DNA of 64,000 nt, from assembly GCA_028715115.1 (NCBI GenBank), contig JAQUSN010000002.1, positions 68,944 to 132,943 of the forward strand, given 5' to 3'. Of the stretch, positions 37,176 through 46,509 are shown piece by piece. Position 1 is the first letter of the stretch; each line of letters starts with the position of its first letter. The DNA is from Patescibacteria group bacterium. GTDB taxonomy: Bacteria > Patescibacteriota > Patescibacteriia > UBA2591 > UBA4787. The notes below the pieces were generated by a model, which saw only the letters and a program-made list of their open reading frames with translations, had not been told where the DNA came from and searched no databases. The translations under genes were made by a program, and so were the position numbers.

Positions 37176-39293
37176 ATGGCCTCCGAATTAATTAATTCTG
37201 AAAAATTAAATCAGCTGAAAAGGGAACTTTTTTTAGATGAAGGTTTTTATAATGGTTTAATTAAAAAATACCGTCAGAATCAAAAATTATTAGAAGATTT
37301 TTTGAAACAAAATCCTAGTTTAAGCAATATTGATCCCAGATTTTTTCAGGAAGTTCAGGATATGCTATTAATGTTAAAATGGTATTCATTTAATTATTTA
37401 ACCGACCAAGAAATCATAGAGATGTTTAGGAATCATGTTAGTGTCGTTCTAAATGATGATACTTTCCCGATTGAAGAAGCGCTGAAAATAGCTTTCTTGG
37501 GTATGTCGATATTAAACGATCGCGACGTTCTAAAGAAGCAAATTAAGGAAGCTTTATTGCAGAATAAGGAAAAAATAACCAGTCAATTAATTAAATTAAA
37601 AGATTCCAGCGTTGAGGGAACGATTGGCAATTGGTTACAGTTATATAATTCGGTTGTTGGGGTTGAGCTGGTTGATAGTTTAAAATTAGCAGAATTTTTT
37701 GTTAAAAATAAAAATTTTACGGCCCTAATGGATTTAGAGGCCGGAAAAATTAAAAAACTATTAGCTCTTTATGAAAAACTAAAATTATCATCCTTAACCC
37801 CTGAGGGCCTAGAAGAGGAAGAATTAGAAGAGGCCGGAGAAGGTCGTGTAATTTTAATGACCGGAACCGGCGCTAAAGAAGTTTATGATATCGAGGGAGA
37901 CAAAAAAGAAGGACTCGTAAAAGAAGAGCTATTAACGCCAGAAACAAAAGCAGCTATAGCCGTTGCCTCGCCGTCAACAATAAAGGAAAATTTAGTGGTT
38001 ACACCTATAGTTAATCAAGCTAAAGAGTTCGTTAAAGATTTGGAAAATATGAATTTGCCAAATTCATCCGAATTTACAAATAATGTTATCTCGACAAAAA
38101 CAGAACCTGATTTTGAAAAAATAATTCAAAATATCGTTGGACAGGCCGGCCTGTCTTTTACCGACGAGAATCTAAAGACCAGGTTTATTGGTCTCATTAC
38201 TTCTTATTTAAAAGGCGTACGAAAAGAATTAGACTTACGCGACGCTTTAATGCGCGGTGAAAAAGTGGGCGGTATGGGTTATGATCAACAAAAAATTACG
38301 GCAATTATGAATATTTTAGCCGGTAGCCGGATCGAAGAAAAAGAAAGCATGCAAAAAGAAACTACCAAACCAGCCCTAGCCGAAGGATTAACTTCGCCGA
38401 TAGAAATTATTAATCCAGTAACGCCTGATTTATCTAGAGAGCCAGGCAAATTATTAGAAGAAGGAGAAGACGCTTTATTAACTGGATCGACGCAAAAGAC
38501 ATCAGACAATATAGAAGTGCAACAAGAAAAATTTTCTTCAGGTTCGCTTGCGCCCGTTGTTGATGATAGTAAAATACCGGAAAACGTTTCTTCGTCTTTT
38601 GAAAATATAGTAACATCCGAAGAAGAGCCGATTAAACAGCCTCCGGCAGAAGATTTTTTGGCAAAATTTGACTTGTCGTCGGCATTTGGTTCTGATAAAA
38701 CCGAAGAAGCCGATCAGGGAATAAAATCACAAGAAGCAAGCGATATGAACATTGATGCTTCGATTGAAGATTTGAATTCCCAACTAGCTGCTAATAATGT
38801 TTTACCGACAGAAGAGGCTAAGCCAACAGAACTTGTCGAGCCCGCGTCTATTTCGGAACCAGAGCAGAAAATTGTCGAGCCCTCAGATGGTGCTATTAAA
38901 AATATCTATCGTGCTCCGGAGCCGGAAGAAGCGCCTCAGCCGCCCATAGAAGAGGTCAGGGTAACCCCAAGAGCCTATGGCCCGGTTGACGAGCTTAGAA
39001 GTCTAACCTTAGAAGATTGGCGACGTTGGGGAGGTGTGGGTGAAGCAGTAAAACTTATTTTAGATAAAATTAATTTATTAGCAGAAGAATCTTTGACTAA
39101 AAAATCTGAAGGCATCGCCGCCTGGAAAGGCTCAGAAATAAACAAAATGTATTTGGATATAGGTACCGAGGCAATTAATAATGGATTGTCGGTTGAGCAA
39201 GCTATTGAAAAAAGGAAAAGTGCTAATTTACCGACTTTAACCATTGACGAATTTAATGCTATTTCGGAAATAAATCAAAAACTACGTTTTTAA
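37176..39293 (+). CDS. hypothetical acidic protein (T4SS-cluster accessory)
   Basis: 705 aa, no TM, with an E/P/S-rich low-complexity central region. Sits within the operon. Confidence 0.4.
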   Translation: MASELINSEKLNQLKRELFLDEGFYNGLIKKYRQNQKLLEDFLKQNPSLSNIDPRFFQEVQDMLLMLKWYSFNYLTDQEIIEMFRNHVSVVLNDDTFPIEEALKIAFLGMSILNDRDVLKKQIKEALLQNKEKITSQLIKLKDSSVEGTIGNWLQLYNSVVGVELVDSLKLAEFFVKNKNFTALMDLEAGKIKKLLALYEKLKLSSLTPEGLEEEELEEAGEGRVILMTGTGAKEVYDIEGDKKEGLVKEELLTPETKAAIAVASPSTIKENLVVTPIVNQAKEFVKDLENMNLPNSSEFTNNVISTKTEPDFEKIIQNIVGQAGLSFTDENLKTRFIGLITSYLKGVRKELDLRDALMRGEKVGGMGYDQQKITAIMNILAGSRIEEKESMQKETTKPALAEGLTSPIEIINPVTPDLSREPGKLLEEGEDALLTGSTQKTSDNIEVQQEKFSSGSLAPVVDDSKIPENVSSSFENIVTSEEEPIKQPPAEDFLAKFDLSSAFGSDKTEEADQGIKSQEASDMNIDASIEDLNSQLAANNVLPTEEAKPTELVEPASISEPEQKIVEPSDGAIKNIYRAPEPEEAPQPPIEEVRVTPRAYGPVDELRSLTLEDWRRWGGVGEAVKLILDKINLLAEESLTKKSEGIAAWKGSEINKMYLDIGTEAINNGLSVEQAIEKRKSANLPTLTIDEFNAISEINQKLRF

Positions 39294-39368
39294 CCCTACC
39301 ACTAAACTACTAAAACTGGCGTAAAATTCAGGAGAATAGGGTATTTTAATTCGTAATTTGTAGTAGTA

Positions 39369-39788
39369 ATGCAGTTTATTGTTCCTCAATTTATCGACAT
39401 TGAACCTAAAATTATCGGGCCGGTTACGCCACGGCAGTTTATTATTTTAATTATTACCGGTGCGTTTATTTTTGTCGCTTATAAATTATCTGATTTTTCT
39501 TTATTTATTATCGAAGCGGTAGCTTTATTAGGCCTAGGAGGGACTCTAGCTTTTTTGAAAATAAACGGCCAACCGGTTCACTATTTTTTATTAAACTTAA
39601 CCCAGACTTTTAAACGACCAATGTTAAGAATTTGGAGAAAAGATTTTATTATGGCAAAAGAATTAGCGGTTAAAGAAAAAGTAAAGATAGCGCCGGTAGC
39701 TATTCCGCGTAAAACGCTTTCTAATGCCCGGCTTTCAAATTTATCAATTTTAGTTGATACGGGCGGAATGTATCATGAGGAGGTTTGA
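39369..39788 (+). CDS. VirB3/PrgI-like small two-TM T4SS protein
   Basis: 139 aa. Two TM helices around PRQFIILIITGAFIFVAYKL and FIIEAVALLGLGGTLAFL. Directly precedes the VirB4 N-domain, as PrgI precedes PrgJ. Confidence 0.45.
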   Translation: MQFIVPQFIDIEPKIIGPVTPRQFIILIITGAFIFVAYKLSDFSLFIIEAVALLGLGGTLAFLKINGQPVHYFLLNLTQTFKRPMLRIWRKDFIMAKELAVKEKVKIAPVAIPRKTLSNARLSNLSILVDTGGMYHEEV

Positions 39789-39799
39789 TTTAAATTTTT

Positions 39800-40468
39800 A
39801 TGAGTAAAACTGCAGCCATTTCATCAACACAAAAATATTTAGACATCTCCGAGGTGCGAAGTGATTGTATTATTTTAAAAGACGGAACCATGCGAGCCGT
39901 GCTTTTGGTTTCTTCAATCAACTTTTCCTTAAAGTCAGAGGACGAGCAAAAGGCGACCGTTTCGGCTTATGTTCAATTTTTAAATACCTTGGAGCACCCC
40001 TTACAAATAATAATCCAGTCTCGTCGCCTGAATATCGAGAATTATTTAGTTGACCTAAATACCCGCCAAAAAGAGCAAACCAACAATTTATTAAAAGCTC
40101 AAATGGCCGAATATATTGATTTTATAAAAGAATTAGTCGATTTGGGAGAAATAATGACCAAGAAATTTTATGTTGTCGTGCCCTACAGTCCTATGGGTGA
40201 TAAAAAATTAAAATTTTTCTCCCGCCTATCGAGCGCTTTTACGGCCGGATCAGCTATTAGACTGAAGCGCGAGCGATTTGAGGCCTATCGAGAGCAATTA
40301 TTTAGAAGAGTTGATAATGTTAGTTCGGCGTTGTCGAGCATGGGGTTAAGAGTCGTGCCACTTGATACTCAAAGTTTAATTGAATTATTATATAATAGTT
40401 ACAATCCGGTCGAATCGGCAGTTCAAAAATTAGCCGAAATAAATAAGCTTAACATCGAAACGATTTAA
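39800..40468 (+). CDS. VirB4/TraE/PrgJ N-terminal domain, separate ORF ending in an in-frame TAA
   Basis: LDISEVRSDCIILKDGTMRAVLLVSSINFSLKSEDEQKATVSAYVQFLNTLEHPLQIIIQSRRLNIENYL matches the CagE/TrbE/VirB4 N-terminal pattern. Same reading frame as the next ORF. Confidence 0.55.
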   Translation: MSKTAAISSTQKYLDISEVRSDCIILKDGTMRAVLLVSSINFSLKSEDEQKATVSAYVQFLNTLEHPLQIIIQSRRLNIENYLVDLNTRQKEQTNNLLKAQMAEYIDFIKELVDLGEIMTKKFYVVVPYSPMGDKKLKFFSRLSSAFTAGSAIRLKRERFEAYREQLFRRVDNVSSALSSMGLRVVPLDTQSLIELLYNSYNPVESAVQKLAEINKLNIETI

Positions 40469-40471
40469 TTT

Positions 40472-42442
40472 ATGGCTATTCGTCCATCAGCTATTAATCG
40501 CGCCACTGCAATGCCAGAGAAGAAACCGACTCCTCAACAAAAGGAGCAGGTTAAAATTGTTCAAGAAAAGCAAATAAAAAATCTTTTAGATTCGGAAGAG
40601 GCATATTTAAAGGGACTAATGTCGGTTCGCGACTTGATTGCGCCGGCCGCGCTTAAGGTTAATCCTTCCTTTTTGCAATTAGGAGATAAATATATTAGAA
40701 CGCTTTTCGTGACCGCTTATCCTCGTTATATTTCTGTAGGTTGGTTTGCGCCAGTAATAAATTTTAATGCTTCTCTTGATGTGGCCATGTTTTTCTATCC
40801 GGTTAATTCGGGTGTGGTTTTGAAACAACTGCAAAAGAGAGTGGGCAATATTGAAGCGGAATTATCAGCTGAGCGTGATAAAGGGATGCCTCGAGATCCG
40901 ATTAAAGAGACCGCTTTACAAGATATTGAGAAGCTTCGCGACGACCTAACGACGGGAGTAGAACATTATTTTCAATTTGCTCTTTATGTAACCATGTATG
41001 CGAATTCATTGAAAGACCTTGATTCAATGACGGAAAAAATAGAAGCGCTATTCGGTTCAAAATTGATTTACACCAGACAAGTATTTTACCAAGCCGAACA
41101 AGGATTTAATTCGACCTTGCCTTTAGCTAGCGACGAGCTGATGGTGACCTTTAACATGAGTTCTTCTCCCTGTGCCTCATCTTTTCCTTTTATCTCCGCT
41201 GACGTTACTTCAGATACCGGGATTTTATATGGTATTAACAGGCACAACAATGGCCTGATTATCTTTGATAGATTTAGTATGCAGAATGCTAATATGAATG
41301 TTTTTGCTACTAGTGGCGCTGGCAAAAGCTACGCTATTAAGCTCGAGGTTTTGCGCTCAATGATGTTTGGCACCGATGTAATTATTATTGACCCAGAAAG
41401 AGAATATAAATATTTATCAGATGCCGTAGGAGGAACATATGTGAATATTTCTTTATCTTCGGATAGCAAAATTAATCCTTTTGATTTGCCCAGGGCTACT
41501 TCGGCCGATATGACTGCAGCTGACATAATTCGTTCGGCAGTTATTACTATTAAAGGATTGTTAAGAATTATGATTGGCAAGACCGACGAAAGAGGAACAA
41601 AGCAGTTTTCGCCGGAAGAGGATTCAATTATTGATCGCGCTCTACTTGAGACTTATGCTAAAAGAGATATTACGCCATCTGCTGACTTAAGCCAAATTAC
41701 TGAAATGCCGACCATGTCTGATTTGCAAAATATTTTAGAGGGCATGGAGGGCGGGGCCCAGTTGTCAGAAAGGCTGAAAAAGTATACCGAAGGCACCTTT
41801 GCCGGACTATTAAATAATCCGACCAACGTTAAAGTTAATAATCAATTAATAGTTTTTTCGGTTCGCGACTTAGAAGATGAGCTTCGGCCGATAGCTATTT
41901 ATACTATTGTCAATTATATTTGGAACATCGTCCGTTCTGAACTTAAAAAAAGAATTCTCGTCATTGATGAGGCTTGGTGGTTAATGCAGCAAGAGGATTC
42001 GGCAAAATTTATTTATGCTTTAGTCAAACGTTGCCGAAAATATTATCTAGGTGTGACTACGATCACTCAAGACGTTAACGATTTTTTGGTTTCTCCTTAT
42101 GGCAAAGCTATTGTAAATAACTCGGCGCTGCAACTTTTATTAAAACAAGCTCCGGCGGCGATTGATTTAGTGGCGCAAACATTCATGTTAACCGAAGGAG
42201 AAAAATATTTACTATTAGAGTGCGGGGTAGGTGAAGGGATTTTTTTCGCTGGCGCCAAACACGCAGCCATTAAGATTATTGCTTCGTACTCCGAAGATCA
42301 ATTAATTACTTCTGATCCGCGGCAAATCTTAGAAATCGAACAGGCCAAAAGGGAGTTTTCTCAAAAAGAGGCTGGCGATGCCGTGGTTGATCAGGGCGGG
42401 CAAAAAGAATTTGTTAAGGGTGTTGGTGATTTAGAAATTTAA
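40472..42442 (+). CDS. VirB4/TraE/PrgJ-family T4SS ATPase, C-terminal ATPase domain
   Basis: Walker A ATSGAGKSY. IIDPEREYKYL..GGTYVNISL...INPFDL. Walker B RILVIDEAWW. This is the canonical VirB4 motif series. Confidence 0.85.
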   Translation: MAIRPSAINRATAMPEKKPTPQQKEQVKIVQEKQIKNLLDSEEAYLKGLMSVRDLIAPAALKVNPSFLQLGDKYIRTLFVTAYPRYISVGWFAPVINFNASLDVAMFFYPVNSGVVLKQLQKRVGNIEAELSAERDKGMPRDPIKETALQDIEKLRDDLTTGVEHYFQFALYVTMYANSLKDLDSMTEKIEALFGSKLIYTRQVFYQAEQGFNSTLPLASDELMVTFNMSSSPCASSFPFISADVTSDTGILYGINRHNNGLIIFDRFSMQNANMNVFATSGAGKSYAIKLEVLRSMMFGTDVIIIDPEREYKYLSDAVGGTYVNISLSSDSKINPFDLPRATSADMTAADIIRSAVITIKGLLRIMIGKTDERGTKQFSPEEDSIIDRALLETYAKRDITPSADLSQITEMPTMSDLQNILEGMEGGAQLSERLKKYTEGTFAGLLNNPTNVKVNNQLIVFSVRDLEDELRPIAIYTIVNYIWNIVRSELKKRILVIDEAWWLMQQEDSAKFIYALVKRCRKYYLGVTTITQDVNDFLVSPYGKAIVNNSALQLLLKQAPAAIDLVAQTFMLTEGEKYLLLECGVGEGIFFAGAKHAAIKIIASYSEDQLITSDPRQILEIEQAKREFSQKEAGDAVVDQGGQKEFVKGVGDLEI

Positions 42443-42456
42443 TATAAAATTATTTT

Positions 42457-43020
42457 ATGAAAAAAGTAATCATCATTATTATCATTATACTTATAATCGG
42501 CGTTATTTTTTATTATTTAAATTGGCGCGGCAAAAACACCGCAAATCCTTTAATCCCAAGTAACAACCAGACCCAAATTAATGAACAGAACAATGATTTT
42601 ACGAATGAGGGCCAAACTGACAATACGCCCGTAGACCCAACTGCTAAATTAGAAAACGATTTAACCGTGATGGCTCGCGCTTTTATTGAACAATACGGCT
42701 CATGGTCAAACCAATCTACCTTTTCCAATTTTACAGACCTTTATCCTTATATGACTAGCTCATTAATGGCGCAAACTCAAAACCTAGTTAACCAGAAAAT
42801 AGCCGAAAAAAAATTATCCTTGAGTTATTATGGCATTACTACCAAAATATTATCTTTAGAATTGAAAAATTTGGCCGAGCCGACTGGCGAATTTTTTGCC
42901 AATATCCAACAACAAGAAACAAAAGGCGACACTACTACGGTTTTATACAAAACAGTAAAATTGGTTTTATTAAAAGAAGGGTCTCAATGGAAGGTCAATG
43001 ACATCATTTTTAATCCATAA
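42457..43020 (+). CDS. N-terminally anchored secreted protein, possible VirB8/PrgL/TcpC-like (NTF2-like) T4SS component
   Basis: One N-terminal TM, then a domain of about 140 aa ending ..EGSQWKVNDIIFNP. Size and position after VirB4 fit PrgL-like proteins. No diagnostic motif. Confidence 0.3.
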   Translation: MKKVIIIIIIILIIGVIFYYLNWRGKNTANPLIPSNNQTQINEQNNDFTNEGQTDNTPVDPTAKLENDLTVMARAFIEQYGSWSNQSTFSNFTDLYPYMTSSLMAQTQNLVNQKIAEKKLSLSYYGITTKILSLELKNLAEPTGEFFANIQQQETKGDTTTVLYKTVKLVLLKEGSQWKVNDIIFNP

Positions 43021-43031
43021 TTTTATTAATT

Positions 43032-43985
43032 ATGGGTGACTTTGTTGATCCAAAAATAAGAGAGGAAATAGAACGAAAGGATGCTTCGGATGCTGAAAAA
43101 TATAATCTTGACACTTCTGATCCTGACTATCTAGCTGCTCAAAAGCGCGGCAGAGGAGAAGATGAAGAATTTGAAGAATCAATTAGGCAAATAAAAGAGC
43201 AACGCCAAGCCAGGGAATTAAAACAACAAAGACTTAAAGAAGCTTCTAGTCGAAAAGCAGCAATAAATCGACAAGTGCAAACTCCCGAAATGCAACAGAC
43301 ATATCGGGACTTCAAAGATCATAAAGGTTACTCTGATTTTAGTGAAGAAAGAGCCAGGGCCAGAGACAATAAAGAATATATGAATAAGGCCCGTGCATTA
43401 TCTAACGTTGCCGTTGACGCAGCGGCAACAAGCATAAAGCGAGGCGATATTAAAGGAGCCATCACTGCTGGCCTAAAGGCTGCCGGAGAGATGGGAGGTC
43501 AAATAGCAACTGCCAAAATTTTGCAGTTCATGTGGGAAAATTTTTATTATGTGTTGCCAATATTTTATATAGATTTTCATTTTATAATGCGGTATATTGC
43601 TGGCTCTAAGTTGTTTTGTCGCCTAGGACAGGAATGGCTTATGAAAGGCAGTGGTAAGGCTGCTTCTGGAGCGCAAAAAGCATCAACAGCCGAACAAGGG
43701 TTAGAGGCGGCAAAATCTTCTACAACGGGAGCACAAGCGACTGCAGGACAAACAAGCGGAGATTTAAACAAGCTAGCTGATCAAATCGCCGAAGCCCCTA
43801 ATAAATTTTTGGAAATTATCGAAATCGCTGCTTTAATGGTTTGTAATTTGATAATTGGCGCTGCAATTTATTTAATCCTGATATATATTTTTATCATGAC
43901 TCATCCTTGCCAGTCAGCGGCTATTGTTACTCATTCCGAGGGCATTTTGAAGGCCTTTAAAAGTATTGGTATTAATTGTAAATAA
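43032..43985 (+). CDS. hypothetical protein, charged N-terminus and hydrophobic C-terminal segments (T4SS-cluster accessory)
   Basis: 317 aa. C-terminal TM-like IIEIAALMVCNLIIGAAIYLILIYIFIM. Overlaps the next ORF. Confidence 0.35.
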   Translation: MGDFVDPKIREEIERKDASDAEKYNLDTSDPDYLAAQKRGRGEDEEFEESIRQIKEQRQARELKQQRLKEASSRKAAINRQVQTPEMQQTYRDFKDHKGYSDFSEERARARDNKEYMNKARALSNVAVDAAATSIKRGDIKGAITAGLKAAGEMGGQIATAKILQFMWENFYYVLPIFYIDFHFIMRYIAGSKLFCRLGQEWLMKGSGKAASGAQKASTAEQGLEAAKSSTTGAQATAGQTSGDLNKLADQIAEAPNKFLEIIEIAALMVCNLIIGAAIYLILIYIFIMTHPCQSAAIVTHSEGILKAFKSIGINCK

Positions 43986-45207
43986 TTGTATGTTAATTAA
44001 TAAAAACATTCTCGGCATATTTATCTTTATTCTTTTATTGTTTGTTTTTTTAATTGGCGGCGCTCATATTATTAAGGCGCAAACTACTTTCACCCCCTCG
44101 GTCGGGATAGGAGATAGTAATTTTCAAGCTGGTTCGGGCGTAGAAATTACAGGACTATCAATAGCTGATTATATTATTGCCGTTTATAAATGGTCAATTA
44201 GGGTTATCGCGATTTTAGCCGTTATTGTTATCATGGTGGCTGGCTTTCGTTGGGTTAGCGCTGCCGGAAATGCATCAGTAATCGGCCAAGCGAAGAATCA
44301 GATGATCGATGCATTTATCGGATTAATTTTAGTGATTGGCGCTAATTTATTGTTATATTTTATTAATCCGGCCTTGGTGAGGTTTAACGATCTTTCAATA
44401 ACGCACATAAAGAAGGTTAGTTTGGATAATTATGATTTTCCGATAGAGCAAGCCATTATGCCTAATATCTGGGACGAAAGCGAAAAACAGCCAAATATTA
44501 AGGCTAGCGCCTGTGGAATACAGGCCGTGGATCAGGAAGATGGGAGAACTTATCTTGGGGTCAAATGTTCGTCGGCCGGAGTGCCGGGTGCTTCCATTAG
44601 GAAGCCTTGTGTTTTACAATTTAGTTTAACATCACAGGACTATCAAGATGATATTAATAAAAAAGCAGATATAGCCGAATATTTGGCAGATATTTATTAT
44701 CTTGGCAAAGATTCTGGTTATAACGTAGAGTCTGGTTGTATTAGTAGGGGGTCGGTATTTAAATACATGATCCCGATTTACGGATTAATTGAGGCAGCGA
44801 CTACGACGTATGGGAAGGTAAGTTTGCCCTTCAGAGATGATCCAACCGTAATGTACGATTTTGCTCTTGATCCATCAACTAATTGCGGCGTTAAAAAAGG
44901 AGAAGGAGATATTATAAAAAATAAGATTGGGATGAAAGTTGGGATAAAATGTCCTAATTCGAATTCAACGTGTGTCTTTGCTCTGGTTAATGTTACTGAT
45001 GATAAAATAAATAAGACTGCCGTTAAATTTTATAGTTTTTGTAAACCAGATAGCGGAATGCCTATGTGTGAACCAAGTGAGAGAAGAGTAAATTGTGAAA
45101 GATATACTAATTGTAAAGTATCAGGATGCACAAATGAGATAGACGCATCCGGAAAATCAATTTGTTGCCAGCAGGCAGTTGATAGGGCGGTTTTGAGGAA
45201 TTTTTAG
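43966..45207 (+). CDS. pilin-like (VirB2/TrbC-type two-TM hairpin) module fused to Cys-rich extracellular domain; paralog of the N-terminal module of the 46510 protein
   Basis: Module YIIAVYKWSIRVIAILAVIVIMVAGFRWVSAAGNASVIGQAKNQMIDAFIGLILVIGANLLLYFINP (about 44160..44390). A likelier start is the ATG at 43990, just after the upstream stop. Confidence 0.5.
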   Translation: MVLIVNNCMLINKNILGIFIFILLLFVFLIGGAHIIKAQTTFTPSVGIGDSNFQAGSGVEITGLSIADYIIAVYKWSIRVIAILAVIVIMVAGFRWVSAAGNASVIGQAKNQMIDAFIGLILVIGANLLLYFINPALVRFNDLSITHIKKVSLDNYDFPIEQAIMPNIWDESEKQPNIKASACGIQAVDQEDGRTYLGVKCSSAGVPGASIRKPCVLQFSLTSQDYQDDINKKADIAEYLADIYYLGKDSGYNVESGCISRGSVFKYMIPIYGLIEAATTTYGKVSLPFRDDPTVMYDFALDPSTNCGVKKGEGDIIKNKIGMKVGIKCPNSNSTCVFALVNVTDDKINKTAVKFYSFCKPDSGMPMCEPSERRVNCERYTNCKVSGCTNEIDASGKSICCQQAVDRAVLRNF

Positions 45208-45225
45208 TCGTCAAATTTTTATATC

Positions 45226-46506
45226 ATGAATAAAAGAATACTATTGATAGTTTTGTTTTTTGTGGCGGTTATAGCCATAGCTTTGGTTTTGTATTTTTTT
45301 ATTTTTAGGACCAATATTTCCGCGCCGCCGATTAATGAGGCGCAAAACTTAATCAACGAGCAAACCGGCAAATTGCCAGTAAGTCGTGAACAATGGGAGG
45401 GCATGACTATAAATGAGCGGGCTAGCGCCAATTTACCTTTATACGAATGGCAGGAAGCGGCGCCTGCTCAATCTTCAGAAGCACAGCCGGTAGTTTTGCA
45501 AGTCTCTGAGATAGCCAACGGCGGTAAAACCATTATTAATCCTGTTTCCAATGATTCGGCGCAAAGTGCCACATTGTCTTTCGATGGACAAAATAGCTTA
45601 TTCTATAACTCAACTGATGGTAAATTCTATCAGGTAGATAAGAACGGCATTAAAACGTCTTTAAGCAATCAAGTTTTTCATAATGTCAGTAATGTTAATT
45701 GGGCGCCAAATAAGGACAGAGCGATTATCGAATATCCCGATGGCTTTAAAATAATGTATGATTTTAAAAATCAGAAACAATACACCCTGCCGAACAATTG
45801 GGAAGACTTTTCTTGGGATTCTCGCGGGAATCAAATTGTTTTCAAGGCTACTTCGCAATATTCACAAAATAATTGGTTAGCCGTAGCTAATTCCGATGGA
45901 ACCGGGGCGAGGGCCATAGAAAATATGGGTGATAACGGCGATAAGGTTACCGTCTCCTGGTCGCCCAATAATCAAGTCGTTGCTTTTTCGGCTACTGGTC
46001 AAGCGCAATCAGCTTGGCAGCAAGAGGTTTTATTAATCGGCCAAAATGGAGAAAATTTTAAATCTTTGATTATCGATGGCCGTGGTTTTGAAACTCAATG
46101 GAATCCGCGAGGCGATAGCATAGCTTATAGTGTTTATAGTGCCGACAGCGGCTATAAACCAACATTATATTTAGTAAAAGCGCAGGGAGATGAAATCGGT
46201 AACGATAAAATTAACACAGGCCTTAACACCTGGTCTCATAAATGCGCTTATAATTCTAGCGGCAGTTATCTTTTTTGCGCCGTTCCTAAAAGTTTACCAG
46301 AGGGGTCGGGGATGATGAGCGAGTTAGCTACTAATCTGCAAGATAATTTTTATAAAATTAACGCCATTACCGGCGAAAAGACATTTTTAGCCGAAGGAGC
46401 AATGGGTGGTTATGATGTTTCCCAGCTATTTATTTCGGGAGACGATGGTACGTTATATTTTATTGATAAAAATTCAGGAATATTAAGATACATAAAATTA
46501 AGATAG
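45226..46506 (+). CDS. TolB-like beta-propeller protein with N-terminal TM anchor
   Basis: Repeating blade motifs WAPNKDRAI, FSWDSRGNQIVF, VSWSPNNQVVAF, TQWNPRGDSIAY. Confidence 0.5.
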   Translation: MNKRILLIVLFFVAVIAIALVLYFFIFRTNISAPPINEAQNLINEQTGKLPVSREQWEGMTINERASANLPLYEWQEAAPAQSSEAQPVVLQVSEIANGGKTIINPVSNDSAQSATLSFDGQNSLFYNSTDGKFYQVDKNGIKTSLSNQVFHNVSNVNWAPNKDRAIIEYPDGFKIMYDFKNQKQYTLPNNWEDFSWDSRGNQIVFKATSQYSQNNWLAVANSDGTGARAIENMGDNGDKVTVSWSPNNQVVAFSATGQAQSAWQQEVLLIGQNGENFKSLIIDGRGFETQWNPRGDSIAYSVYSADSGYKPTLYLVKAQGDEIGNDKINTGLNTWSHKCAYNSSGSYLFCAVPKSLPEGSGMMSELATNLQDNFYKINAITGEKTFLAEGAMGGYDVSQLFISGDDGTLYFIDKNSGILRYIKLR

Positions 46507-46509
46507 ATT

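Noticed and set aside
39865-40053. 62-aa ORF inside the VirB4 N-domain gene
   Set aside because: It is out of frame within a domain that has a conserved protein pattern. No signals.
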